Of a stretch of 64,000 bases of DNA, positions 18,755 to 28,299 are shown in pieces (within the stretch, counting starts at the first letter, position 1; every line of letters starts with the position of its first letter). Origin of the DNA: an uncultured virus (IMG/VR IMGVR_UViG_3300046501_000595). Taxonomy: Duplodnaviria; Heunggongvirae; Uroviricota; Caudoviricetes. The DNA lies in IMG/VR virus record IMGVR_UViG_3300046501_000595. One strand, 5' to 3'. Under the pieces are notes generated by a model that did no database searches, was not told the DNA's origin, and saw only the letters and a program-made list of their open reading frames with translations. A program made the translations under genes and the position numbers.

Positions 18755-18924
18755 CCTACCGGCAGCGGACATGGACGAGGTGATGTTGATAGGAGGCACC
18801 GACGAGCTTCCTGAGCGCTCACTCCATGTCCGGTAAGATGGGAGGGACTCCCCTTCCTTGATTCAAGGCACCTCAAAGACTAGCATTCGCAGACCTTTCG
18901 AAAGCACTGAGCTATGGAACGTCT

Positions 18925-20421
18925 ATGAAAACTAAAGCCCCATCATCAGTCTCCCTGGCAAAAAAGCTTGAGGAGATGGCCAGGCTCGAAGCTCTAGTCG
19001 ATCCTTCAATCGCGCCATGGCAAGAAGTCGCCAAGCTATTGAGCGACTTTGATATTGAGGGTGCTGCCTTGAAAGCCTCGCAAGCGTGTGGCCCAGGCTT
19101 AGGTGACAACTTCCTCCAGAAAATGATCTTGGATCAAATATCCAACATAGCGGTCATGAACGATGTAAAAGGCCCTGGCATCGAAAGCATGTGGGCCAGT
19201 GCTGCAGAGTTTGGTTATCACATCATGGCCTACAATGCGGCCAACGAGATCTATCAAAATGCAAAATCTGTCGACGACTATAAACTTGCAAGTCGGTATT
19301 ACAATATTGCATTTGAAAAAGTTAAAAACCCAAAGATCCTAGCGTCCGCCATCACCAATTACGCTGCCATAATTCGCGACGGGAACATCACCGGCAAGAA
19401 AGATTTCCTCGGAGCTATTGAACTGTATGAAAAAGCTGCCGACATGGGCCTTGTGAATGCCATGTTTAACGCGGGCAACGTATTGCTCTGGTTGGTCGAA
19501 GCGGGACAGTCTGAATACGCAGAGCGTGCGGAAAAATGGTTTCTACGCGTAATCAACGTAGTGGAATCAGGCACCGAGAGCCTTGATTTGGGCGGCGACG
19601 TGGATCGGAATGGAGCCCTGATACGAGCGCACCTAAGGCTAGCCAGCATGCACCTACATGACCAGCTTGAGCATGCGAGTCAGGAGACCTTTGATCAGAT
19701 CATCGCCAACTATCCTGGTGATGACTACGCCCAATGGCTGGTTAAGAGCTCACATCAAAAGCGCCTTACACACGCTACCCTGGTTCCAGGGGCGAACGCT
19801 GGTGAAAATTGGGCCTCCGTGCTCCAGCTCAACGGCTGGACGGTGAACTCATCAACCCCGTTCGACTTTGAAGAATCTGGGGTGACACTGGAGATCGCAT
19901 GCGATTCCGACGTCGACAAAACCATGATCATGATGGTGTTCGACTATTTCAACCATCCGGAACTCGATCCGGAATCAGTCGCTGCTTATACTGCTTTGGA
20001 GCATTCCAGGGCTATGAATTGCCCTGTTTTCTATGCAGGCACTAAGGCTTATTTTGTAAATCTTGAAGATCAGATGTATAGCGTTCTTCAAGTTGCATAT
20101 AAAGGTAAGTTTGGTGTGGTTCCAATCTGGGCCGGCGCTACAGCTTGCGAAGTCTTTGACTTGTTGCGAGTACCACTGCCTTCAAGATTTATCAGCGGTC
20201 GAGAAGATCCTAACAACTGCATTCCACGGCTCATCAATGCTCTTGATGAAGGTATTACACTGGACGGAACCGGCTTGCCAAATGCGATTTGGATCGGCGC
20301 TGACGACGTGCTTTGCTTTCCGATTCACAGGGCGGACGAGCCTGATCGCCATGGTTTGACGATCACTCACTCCATTCAGGATCTCGAACATGCTTTTGAA
20401 GAAAACCTGAAAAATCGATAA
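18925..20421 (+). CDS. SEL1/TPR-repeat protein
   Basis: KDFLGAIELYEKAADMGLVNAMFNAG...AEKWF. Confidence 0.75.
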   Translation: MKTKAPSSVSLAKKLEEMARLEALVDPSIAPWQEVAKLLSDFDIEGAALKASQACGPGLGDNFLQKMILDQISNIAVMNDVKGPGIESMWASAAEFGYHIMAYNAANEIYQNAKSVDDYKLASRYYNIAFEKVKNPKILASAITNYAAIIRDGNITGKKDFLGAIELYEKAADMGLVNAMFNAGNVLLWLVEAGQSEYAERAEKWFLRVINVVESGTESLDLGGDVDRNGALIRAHLRLASMHLHDQLEHASQETFDQIIANYPGDDYAQWLVKSSHQKRLTHATLVPGANAGENWASVLQLNGWTVNSSTPFDFEESGVTLEIACDSDVDKTMIMMVFDYFNHPELDPESVAAYTALEHSRAMNCPVFYAGTKAYFVNLEDQMYSVLQVAYKGKFGVVPIWAGATACEVFDLLRVPLPSRFISGREDPNNCIPRLINALDEGITLDGTGLPNAIWIGADDVLCFPIHRADEPDRHGLTITHSIQDLEHAFEENLKNR

Positions 20422-20432
20422 ACGCCCAACTC

Positions 20433-20460
20433 GATAGACCCCGTACTAACGGGGTCTATC
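20433..20460. terminator. Terminator hairpin
   Basis: GATAGACCCCGT-ACTA-ACGGGGTCTATC between convergent genes. Confidence 0.75.
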
Positions 20461-20465
20461 TGATT

Positions 20466-21026
20466 TTACCGTCTGATTGTTTGAGCCACACTCTCCGCAC
20501 TCATTTTAAGCATGGTGATGCACTGCCGGGTCTTTGTTGCCAACCATTCCAGCCAAGTCGGTCGCCTGCACGCGCCTTCGAGGGCTGTTTCCATGTCCGG
20601 CACGAATTTCACATGCGGGTGAAAGGCCCAAGACCCCAGCGGGCGACCTGTCTCTCGATCCATGGTGATCCCTGGGGTCACCACGTAAACCTTGATTCCA
20701 ACGGCCAATGCCATCCCAACTTCTACGAGTGCGCCTTTAAGTGGCAGATCCTCGGGCTCGACGTAAAGGACGAGCCTCTCGGAAGAGCACACCTCTTCCT
20801 GAATCTTAAGCCACAGCTCGGAGAGGTCAGCCGGCTCGTTGTCGCCGGTGGCATCAATCCAGGAGGCGCTAATCGCCCAACCATCGGAACGAAGCTTGCG
20901 CCAGGCGGCGGAGCGCTCCGGAATGCTCGCCCGGCTGGCGATGTAGGTGCCTCTTCTCGAAGGCTTCTGGTGTTCGGTGGTCACTCTCGCAACTCTCCTG
21001 TTTTTGGGTGGTGAAGCCTCAGCCAT
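20466..21026 (-). CDS. Nucleoside 2-deoxyribosyltransferase-like protein
   Basis: YIAS, SWID and GALVEVGMALAVGIKVYVV. Confidence 0.7.
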   Translation of the reverse strand: MAEASPPKNRRVARVTTEHQKPSRRGTYIASRASIPERSAAWRKLRSDGWAISASWIDATGDNEPADLSELWLKIQEEVCSSERLVLYVEPEDLPLKGALVEVGMALAVGIKVYVVTPGITMDRETGRPLGSWAFHPHVKFVPDMETALEGACRRPTWLEWLATKTRQCITMLKMSAESVAQTIRR

Positions 21027-21220
21027 TCTGTATAGACCTCATCGCCCTGCCCCCACGCCTCCAGCTCCTCTTTACGCTCCATCATGTCAGCGAAGGAGTT
21101 TTCATCGAGCAGGAAATCCAGGTGATCAGGCAGGACTCGATCCGGAACTATGGTTTTCAACGGCCCCCATGACTTGATGGGCTCAGGCTTTTTCCAGCGC
21201 CACAACCAATTTATGGGCAT
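20981..21220 (-). CDS. Hypothetical protein
   Basis: 79 aa with GAGGA RBS, in a minus-strand operon. Confidence 0.6.
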   Translation of the reverse strand: MPINWLWRWKKPEPIKSWGPLKTIVPDRVLPDHLDFLLDENSFADMMERKEELEAWGQGDEVYTEWLRLHHPKTGELRE

Positions 21221-21231
21221 CGTTGAATCCT

Positions 21232-21465
21232 CTACAGCTCATTTGGCTTAGTTTTCCAGACCTTGCAGCAGGTGATATCAACAGTGCCAGCCTTCCCTTG
21301 TAACTCCACCACTGGCGAGTGTCCATTGAGGAGATACGCCGGCGTGCTGGTCAGGTACTTCTTTTTGGCGCCCGCAGGATGTGGCCGGTACTCGATCTCA
21401 GTGACGCCGACCTCAATCCGCTTGTTCCAGGTATCGACCTGATGTTTGGGTTTGTTACCAATCAT
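21232..21465 (-). CDS. Hypothetical protein
   Basis: 77 aa, ATGA-coupled to the upstream ORF. Confidence 0.65.
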   Translation of the reverse strand: MIGNKPKHQVDTWNKRIEVGVTEIEYRPHPAGAKKKYLTSTPAYLLNGHSPVVELQGKAGTVDITCCKVWKTKPNEL

Positions 21466-21929
21466 ACGGCTTGGGCGACTGCTGGCTGGATCACGTTGTA
21501 GCCCATCTTGTGAGCGGCCTTACGCAGGCGCAGTGCAAAGGATGCACGATCAATCGACGAGTCGTTATTAGGCCATACGGTGCGACCGAAGAAGTCAGCC
21601 ACCACGTTTGCAATCAAATAGGCATCTGGAGCCCCGGTACCAGTCTTGGCCGACTCGGCTTTAGCCAGGTCGCTGGTGGTGTAACGGGCCAGTCGAGCCC
21701 GCTCTGCGGGATAGAGGGAGAACATGCCCTGCAGCTCAGGCTCGGACAAGTAGATCCCGGTCAGGTTACCGATGTATGTGCAGGTGCCGGCGACTGCGAG
21801 ACCCTGTGGTAGCTTCCCTGCCCCTTCGAGCTCTGAACGCATGCGCATGTTGCGCTGCTGGACGTGCTGCGCCTGTGCAAGCTCTTGCTCAGCCAGGGCC
21901 ATGAATTCTTCTGGGTTGTAGATAGGCAT
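21462..21929 (-). CDS. Hypothetical protein (paralog family A)
   Basis: LYP.ER, VA.FF...WP, F...L...A..MGY shared with 60784-61320 and 61344-61775. Confidence 0.75.
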   Translation of the reverse strand: MPIYNPEEFMALAEQELAQAQHVQQRNMRMRSELEGAGKLPQGLAVAGTCTYIGNLTGIYLSEPELQGMFSLYPAERARLARYTTSDLAKAESAKTGTGAPDAYLIANVVADFFGRTVWPNNDSSIDRASFALRLRKAAHKMGYNVIQPAVAQAV

Positions 21930-22684
21930 TACTGAATTGCTCCTGAAACAGAACGAAATTTTTGGTAAGCCTTAACAATCTCTTGAGTATCCTGGTCTTT
22001 ATAGGACTCAAGCAGCTGCTCTAGCTCGTGGGTTTCCAAATGCTCGGCACGACGGCCCTCGAACTTACCCGTCTTGACCAGGCCAGTAACGCTTACCGGC
22101 TTGGACTGGATTTCCAGGCGGATGTGTTCGCTCTCCAGGACGGAAGTTGCAGGAATCTTGCCGTACTTCTGAAGCAAGCCGACCGTGCGGTCGAATTTAC
22201 GACGCGCCTTGGACTGCTCAAGGCCTTCCTCGATCTTGTCCAGCGAGCCTCCGAGCGTCATCTCGGCCAAGAACAGAATCCCAACACCGATTCCAACCGG
22301 GACAGGCGCGACCATCATCGCAATCGATACCGGAATTGCCCCTAGCTCGGAATACACGACCACCCGGCCAATGTCAGTCGCCAGACCGACACCTCTGACA
22401 ACGGAGCCCAGGGCCTCGTCTCTCGCATCGAGCACGGCGTCTTTGGCGGTCAGCACTGTGGATTCGATAGTCCCCACCACGGCATTCTTGGCAGACTGCA
22501 CCTGGGCCTCTAACGTCCCAACCACAGCACCTTGCGCCTTTTGCGCCGTTTCAATCACGGCAACCTGAGTACGCTGTGCGGTACCGACCACAGATTCCTG
22601 GGCCCGCTGCGCCGTTCCAGTTACGGATTCCTGTGCTTTATGTGCAGCATTTTTGAGCGTGTTGAGATGCTTGAGCATCGTCAT
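21929..22684 (-). CDS. Membrane protein with 11-aa amphipathic repeats
   Basis: AQESVTGTAQR / AQESVVGTAQR repeats followed by a hydrophobic segment. Confidence 0.75.
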   Translation of the reverse strand: MTMLKHLNTLKNAAHKAQESVTGTAQRAQESVVGTAQRTQVAVIETAQKAQGAVVGTLEAQVQSAKNAVVGTIESTVLTAKDAVLDARDEALGSVVRGVGLATDIGRVVVYSELGAIPVSIAMMVAPVPVGIGVGILFLAEMTLGGSLDKIEEGLEQSKARRKFDRTVGLLQKYGKIPATSVLESEHIRLEIQSKPVSVTGLVKTGKFEGRRAEHLETHELEQLLESYKDQDTQEIVKAYQKFRSVSGAIQ

Positions 22685-22844
22685 TTTCTCCGGAGTTCCA
22701 ACGGTGGAGGTGCTAAAACGCTATGTAGCCGGGGATTATGTTGAAAGGTCAATAATTGTCAAGAATTGACAGGTTTCATATTGCGTTTGACTCAATGGCT
22801 GGTTAGTATCAAATCACTATCAATCTTCGGTTTGGAACGAACAC

Positions 22845-23372
22845 ATGAAGACGACGGATCTGACTCAGAGCGAGACCATTCGCTACATCGACGCCGGGAT
22901 CGCTCACCATAAATCCGATGTGCTGGGTCAAACCATGCCATTTGAAGCAAAGCATTACTTCGCAGCCGGCTATGCCATGGAAATGACCCTGGTTGGCCTT
23001 AAATCTATCGAGGGCATCAAAGCCGATGTCAGTCTGTTCGTGCTGGCTGCCATCGAAGGGAAAAACATCGGTCAGTCGATCACCGTCAACGACGTAGTCT
23101 TCACCGCCTCCGCGCAAGACCTCGGGACTGTGATCAAAGCTGCGGATGGAAGACTCGTGGCCGAGATCGAATCCCCAAGCCTGGATTCAACTATGAAAGC
23201 CCACATCGCAGATGATTTTGTAGTCTACGGGCAGACTCTGCTGCGCCACGCTCTAGTCGGCGAGAATCAGGAGCAGGCCTATCTCATCGGTGTCTTCTAC
23301 CCGCTGAGCCTGATCATGTCAGCTATTGGCCTTGCCTCCATGTCTGATCACCAGCACGCAGCCAGCGCCTAA
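22845..23372 (+). CDS. Hypothetical protein, tandem paralog 1
   Basis: ETIRYIDAGIAHH...YFAAGY...GQTLLRH. Confidence 0.8.
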   Translation: MKTTDLTQSETIRYIDAGIAHHKSDVLGQTMPFEAKHYFAAGYAMEMTLVGLKSIEGIKADVSLFVLAAIEGKNIGQSITVNDVVFTASAQDLGTVIKAADGRLVAEIESPSLDSTMKAHIADDFVVYGQTLLRHALVGENQEQAYLIGVFYPLSLIMSAIGLASMSDHQHAASA

Positions 23373-23399
23373 CCCCATGAATTCCAGTATCCAGCCACT

Positions 23400-23924
23400 G
23401 TGGAGACCAACATCTTGCAACTGACCAGCGAAGAAACCATCCGCTACATCAATGCGGGCATCGCCCTTCACAACGCCGACGTGTCGATGCAACAGACGCC
23501 CTACAACGCCGAGGACTACCTGGCAGCCGGCTACATCCGCGAGAAGTACCTGGAGGGTGTTGAGGTGTCCAAGTCGGTACACAACATGGTCACCGGGTTC
23601 GTGCAGGCTGCGTTCGAGCGTGAAGAGGTCGGCAGCTCCATGTACGTCAACGGCCTGGAGTTCGTTACCAAGATCCAGGGTTCAATCCTGGTGATCTACG
23701 CCGGCCCGCCCGGAAAGATGATTGCGACCATTGATGTGAAAGGCCTGCATTCCCCGATCAAAGTCAATTTTGGTGACGGATTCAGCGCCCACGGCCAAAC
23801 CATTATCAGACACGGTGAGGTCGGCAAAGAGCGAAAGCATGCCTTCCTGATCGACAAGTACTACCCGGTCAGCTTGGTGTCTGCGGCAATTGGGTTTGCT
23901 GCAAGGAAGCCGTCTGCGAGCTGA
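23400..23924 (+). CDS. Hypothetical protein, tandem paralog 2
   Basis: ETIRYINAGIALH...YLAAGY...GQTIIRH. Confidence 0.8.
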   Translation: METNILQLTSEETIRYINAGIALHNADVSMQQTPYNAEDYLAAGYIREKYLEGVEVSKSVHNMVTGFVQAAFEREEVGSSMYVNGLEFVTKIQGSILVIYAGPPGKMIATIDVKGLHSPIKVNFGDGFSAHGQTIIRHGEVGKERKHAFLIDKYYPVSLVSAAIGFAARKPSAS

Positions 23925-23937
23925 ACACCGACCAATG

Positions 23938-23964
23938 AAAATGGCGCCTACTGGGCGCCATTTC
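23938..23964. terminator. Bidirectional terminator
   Basis: AAATGGCGCC-TACTG-GGCGCCATTT. Confidence 0.7.
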
Positions 23965-23979
23965 TGTTTTTAGTTGCAC

Positions 23980-24531
23980 TCAAAGCCCGTGCTTGGCCTG
24001 GAGTGCCCTCAGCGCGAAGATGACCGGGATATCTGATGCACTGGGCTGACTGTAGGGGTTTGGGATCTTGCCCTCGGCAATCGTGACTGTGTGGTTCTCC
24101 CAGAAGTTCTTGCACTCCAGGAGCTTGGCCATCGCCTCGGCCTTCCGGTGATAAATGGCCCGTTTGATGCCGTTTGGCGCCCCCGGAGCCAATCCGTTGA
24201 TATCGAAATGTCCTCTGACGATGTTCTTGTAGGTACACCAGATCAGCGTGCCATCTGCCAGCTCCTGGTAATCCTGCAGCAGCGCCTTGACCTCCCCGGC
24301 CTCAGCCTCCGACTTAGGCTTCCATTGCGAATAGAAATCCTCGCCGACGCCAGATCCTGACCACGGATCCGCACTTGGTCTTTCGCCCAGGCGAATGTCG
24401 ATCACCGTCCAGCATTGAGTGCCTTCATACAGTTCCATGGCCGCAAGCACCTGCTTGTCATCCCAGTCTCCCCTGCCATGATCAACAACCAGCGATGTGC
24501 GGCCTTTCTCGATTAAAAGCTTGGTTTTCAT
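23980..24531 (-). CDS. Hypothetical protein
   Basis: 183 aa ORF. Confidence 0.7.
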   Translation of the reverse strand: MKTKLLIEKGRTSLVVDHGRGDWDDKQVLAAMELYEGTQCWTVIDIRLGERPSADPWSGSGVGEDFYSQWKPKSEAEAGEVKALLQDYQELADGTLIWCTYKNIVRGHFDINGLAPGAPNGIKRAIYHRKAEAMAKLLECKNFWENHTVTIAEGKIPNPYSQPSASDIPVIFALRALQAKHGL

Positions 24532-24546
24532 GGTGAGGTAGCCCGG

Positions 24547-24909
24547 TTATTTGACGTCGACACAAACCACGCCTTCCCAAGTGTCGTAATCAGTCCAGTC
24601 CAAGCCTTCAAAGATTTTAAGAAGCTCGTCGAAGAACGGGATCACCTCTGCCGGCGCCGGGCCTTCTTTGCCTAGTTTGCCAAGATCGAAGTCGCCCCAC
24701 TTCATTTGAATGCTCTCAGCCGCAGGTTTGCCAATGAAAGTGACTAAATCGCTGTCTCCAGGATTGATTCCCATGGTTAGCCCTGCTGCCTTCACCCTCG
24801 TCCACAGATCTTGGAGCCCATCTGCATCTTCGAGGATATTGCGTGCGGCGTAAGGCGCATTCACTTTTAACGTGACGCACTTTCCCTGGACTGTCGTTAT
24901 CTGAGGCAT
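24547..24909 (-). CDS. Hypothetical protein
   Basis: 120 aa; AGGAG RBS; upstream TTGACA-17 nt-TTTAAT promoter. Confidence 0.7.
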   Translation of the reverse strand: MPQITTVQGKCVTLKVNAPYAARNILEDADGLQDLWTRVKAAGLTMGINPGDSDLVTFIGKPAAESIQMKWGDFDLGKLGKEGPAPAEVIPFFDELLKIFEGLDWTDYDTWEGVVCVDVK

Positions 24910-25171
24910 GGGGTCTCCTGGTTGGTTTTAAGTTTTTTCTGCGAGAAACCAATGGCGAATAGGCCCGGAATTACTCGCATGTCAGATTGATAGCGGCACA
25001 TTAAAGTGGCTCATCAGACCCTTGTCAATTTATGCCAATCTTTTCTTTTCCCTGCGGATGGCGCACCATAAAAGTTGCCGGACTGCATGGCGTTTCAAAT
25101 ATTCCAAAAATAAGCGCCTCCTGCGCCTACTTGGCGAATCGGGAGAGACGCATAAAACAGGAACGTTCCGC

Positions 25172-26563
25172 ATGGTTGATCGCAAAGCCACCGCTTCGCC
25201 CGCTGCTCCCATCTATTACGTTCTGGACACGAACGTTCTGATTCACGACCCCAACGCCCTCCTAAATTTCCACGAGCACCACGTCGCCCTGCCGATGACC
25301 GTGCTGGAAGAACTCGACAAGCTCAAGACCGGTAAGCACAGCGTGGCCGCTGAATGCCGCCAGGCCATCCGCCTGATCGACAAGCTGCTCGGCGATGCTT
25401 CGCCCGAACAAGTCGAGCGCGGCGTCCCTATTCCCCGTGGGAAGAATGAACCGCAGGGTGTGCTTCTGATCCTCCAGGACAATCCTGAGGAAGAGCAGCG
25501 CGGGGAGACGGTCAACGACAACAAGATCATCAACCAGGCGCTGGCGCTGCGTGAGGCCCGCCGTGAGAGCAACAAGGTGGTTCTGGTCACCAAGGACATC
25601 AACATGCGCCTCAAAGCGCGTGCGCGTGGCCTGGACGCCGAGGATTACAGCTCTGATCAGCTACTCGACGATCTGGATCTACTCCCAGCTGGGTTCCACC
25701 ACCTCACCGAGTCCCTGTGGTCGCTCGTGACCGATGTCGATAGCCGCAACCAGCGCGATGGCACCTGGCACAGCGCCAAGCTGAAGCAGCCAATCCAAGG
25801 GCTTTGCGTGAAAGAGTTCATCGTCGACCCCGATGGCCCCATCTTTTGGGTCACCGAGATGGATGGTAATGAGCTGACGCTGCTGGAAATGAGCCAGGAA
25901 TTGCTTCTGAGCCATGAAGCGTGGGGCCTGATCCCTCGAGATATCTACCAGGCGATGGCGCTGAAGTGCCTGCTCGATCCGGAAATCCACCTGGTCAACC
26001 TGACGGGCTCCGCTGGCTCCGGCAAAACCATCCTGGCGCTTGCTGCTGCTATCGAGCAGACGATGGTCTCCAAGATCTACGACAAGATCATCGTCACCCG
26101 CAGCGTACAGGGCCTGGACGAGGACATCGGCTTCCTGCCCGGTACCGAGTCCGAGAAAATGGAGCCGTGGCTGGGCGCGATCATCGACAACCTGGAAGCC
26201 CTGCACGCCGAAGACGAGTCGTCTTCCGGTAGCATCGAGTACATCCTCCAGAAGGTGCCTCTGCAGTTCAAATCGCTGAACTTCATGCGGGGGCGGAGCT
26301 TCCAACGAAGCCTGTTAATTGTCGACGAATGCCAGAACCTCACGCCGCACCAGATGAAGACCATCATCACTCGCGCCGGTGCCGGCTCCAAGGTGATCTG
26401 TCTGGGTAACCTGGCGCAGATCGACACGCCGTATCTGTCGGCCACCAGCTCTGGCCTCACGTACCTCACCGAACGCTTCAAGGACTTCAACAACGGTGCT
26501 CACCTTACTCTGCAAGGCGTGCCCCGCTCCATCCTGGCTGAGTACGCTGAAACACACATGTAG
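25172..26563 (+). CDS. PIN-domain PhoH-family ATPase (PhoH2/YlaK-like)
   Basis: VLDTNVL PIN motif; GSAGSGKT Walker A; IGFLPG, RGRS, VDECQN. Confidence 0.93.
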   Translation: MVDRKATASPAAPIYYVLDTNVLIHDPNALLNFHEHHVALPMTVLEELDKLKTGKHSVAAECRQAIRLIDKLLGDASPEQVERGVPIPRGKNEPQGVLLILQDNPEEEQRGETVNDNKIINQALALREARRESNKVVLVTKDINMRLKARARGLDAEDYSSDQLLDDLDLLPAGFHHLTESLWSLVTDVDSRNQRDGTWHSAKLKQPIQGLCVKEFIVDPDGPIFWVTEMDGNELTLLEMSQELLLSHEAWGLIPRDIYQAMALKCLLDPEIHLVNLTGSAGSGKTILALAAAIEQTMVSKIYDKIIVTRSVQGLDEDIGFLPGTESEKMEPWLGAIIDNLEALHAEDESSSGSIEYILQKVPLQFKSLNFMRGRSFQRSLLIVDECQNLTPHQMKTIITRAGAGSKVICLGNLAQIDTPYLSATSSGLTYLTERFKDFNNGAHLTLQGVPRSILAEYAETHM

Positions 26564-26578
26564 GTCACCCAAAACGAA

Positions 26579-26604
26579 CAAGGCGCCCCCTGGGGCGCCT
26601 TTTT
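26579..26604 (+). terminator. Rho-independent terminator
   Basis: AAGGCGCCCC-CT-GGGGCGCCTTTTT. Confidence 0.8.
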
Positions 26605-27020
26605 ATGGCTTGGAATTCCTATCGGGTCAGATCCACAAGATGCGGTTTGCCAAAAATTGAAAGCCTGGCCCTGATGATTTTCAAACCACAGAGTGTCCAG
26701 ATCGATGTCCCCTTAATGACCCAAGCTTTTCATCCACCACTCAATCCAAAAAGCTGCGATGCCAGTGGCTACAATCACCACTGCGCCTACTCCGATACCA
26801 CGCCACTTTGCCTTCTGCATTTTATGACACCTTTTGTGTGATTCGATTAGAGCGGCTACGTGCCGCTTCTCATTAATCGAAGCCTGTCCTACCAACCGGT
26901 AAACTTTCGCGGGCGCGAAAACAGGCGCCCTTCTACTGCCGCTGCCCAGCTCGGTGGCTGGGCGTGGCGTGTACCACGCGCCCCGTGGGCGCCCTTGTGC
27001 TTCTGAATCCTGGTGATGAA

Positions 27021-27785
27021 CTACATCCCCATGCTCGGCGAATCATCGATCTCGCGTGTGCGCTGGCGTGGCCGTTTCACCGCAGGTGGCTCAGGTGCTA
27101 CTGGCTCTGGCTCTGGCTCTGGCTCCGCCCGCTCGCCGGTCAGCGCAAAGATAGCCTGGCTGGCGTCAAAGATACGGTACTCCAGGGTGCGCATGTTTAC
27201 ACCGGTGCCGTTATAGATCGCACCGTCAAAACCGCGCTTCCTGGCCTCGTTGACAAACAAAGGATCGTCGAGAATCGGGTAGATGTCGAGGTAGATTTCT
27301 TCCAGAAGGTGTGGCGCCTTGGCAGCCACCGTGGCCACGTCCCCATATTCTTCATCTGGGTCGATATTGCACTGCCAATTGTCCGTGTTGTACACGTGAT
27401 CCTGGTGCTTGATCAGGAGCTGGAGGGTTAGCTCCTCCCCGACGCTCTTGACCATATCCGGGTACTCAATGAACGGATCAGCCCAGTTTACGACGGGGTT
27501 CGTGATGTTCAGATAGACCGGATAGACGCGGTGCGCCTTGCTGTGCCAGTCGCTGTAATCCCTTTCGTCAGTGTACTCGTCGTCCTCGTCCACGCCGGCG
27601 TAATGGTTGGCAACCCTGACGTTCCCGAATGAGTACGACCCCAGCTTGGACTGCAGGCTCAGCGGATCTCCACTGTGCACCCCGTTCTCACCCCGGAAGA
27701 GCAGCAAGGGCTTGCCATCTTCGCCTACGGCTTGAGTCTTGGACAGGTCTGGAAAGGCTTCGGCCTTTTTCTCGTTATTCTGCAT
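27021..27785 (-). CDS. ADP-ribosyltransferase-like protein (ART-PolyVal-like)
   Basis: GEDGKPLLLFRG, SFG...A..YA, VYPVYLNITNP, GFDGAIY, EYRIFDASQ; EP linker; tail RTREIDDSPSMGM. Confidence 0.7.
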   Translation of the reverse strand: MQNNEKKAEAFPDLSKTQAVGEDGKPLLLFRGENGVHSGDPLSLQSKLGSYSFGNVRVANHYAGVDEDDEYTDERDYSDWHSKAHRVYPVYLNITNPVVNWADPFIEYPDMVKSVGEELTLQLLIKHQDHVYNTDNWQCNIDPDEEYGDVATVAAKAPHLLEEIYLDIYPILDDPLFVNEARKRGFDGAIYNGTGVNMRTLEYRIFDASQAIFALTGERAEPEPEPEPVAPEPPAVKRPRQRTREIDDSPSMGM

Positions 27786-27823
27786 GGCTTCTACTCACGT
27801 CAATTTTTTGCTTTTGTTTGTTG

Positions 27824-28153
27824 TCAAAGCACCGAACGCACTTTGATGCCCAGCTGGTGCCAGGGCTGAAGTTCTGACATCTCATACGCTGCGCACAGCA
27901 ATTCCGACAGGCCTGTAACCGCTACCATGAAGGCGATGCAGTCCCGGTCATTACACAGGTACGCGGCCCCCTCTTCCAGGGTCAACAGATGCCGGTAAAG
28001 CTTGAGGTCGGCGATGACCTGCGACCGGTCTTGTGCGGTGCCTTCTTCGCTCGTGGCGTTGATGTAACGCCGCAACCCATTTTCCAGGAGCTGGCGAGAC
28101 TCCTCGGGGAGACTTCTCACAAGGTCTTTCGCCGTTGTGCCGAACATGTTCAT
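27824..28153 (-). CDS. Hypothetical protein (paralog family B)
   Basis: RRYI...DCIAFMVAVTGL; start trimmed to 28153. Confidence 0.65.
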   Translation of the reverse strand: MNMFGTTAKDLVRSLPEESRQLLENGLRRYINATSEEGTAQDRSQVIADLKLYRHLLTLEEGAAYLCNDRDCIAFMVAVTGLSELLCAAYEMSELQPWHQLGIKVRSVL

Positions 28154-28299
28154 TTCCCAAAGCAAAATATGGCGTCCTGTTCCATCAGGGAGAGTTCGGT
28201 CGTGATCCGAAAACTGGAGCGCTGGTGATGACGCTGACTTTATTTTGCCTGACGCCACGCCCACCTGTCTCCAGGTGGGAGGTGAAATCATGGCCGTGT

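Noticed and set aside
27101..27125. CTGGCT tandem repeat as a phase-variation tract
   Set aside because: An in-frame 6-bp unit encoding an EP linker cannot shift the frame
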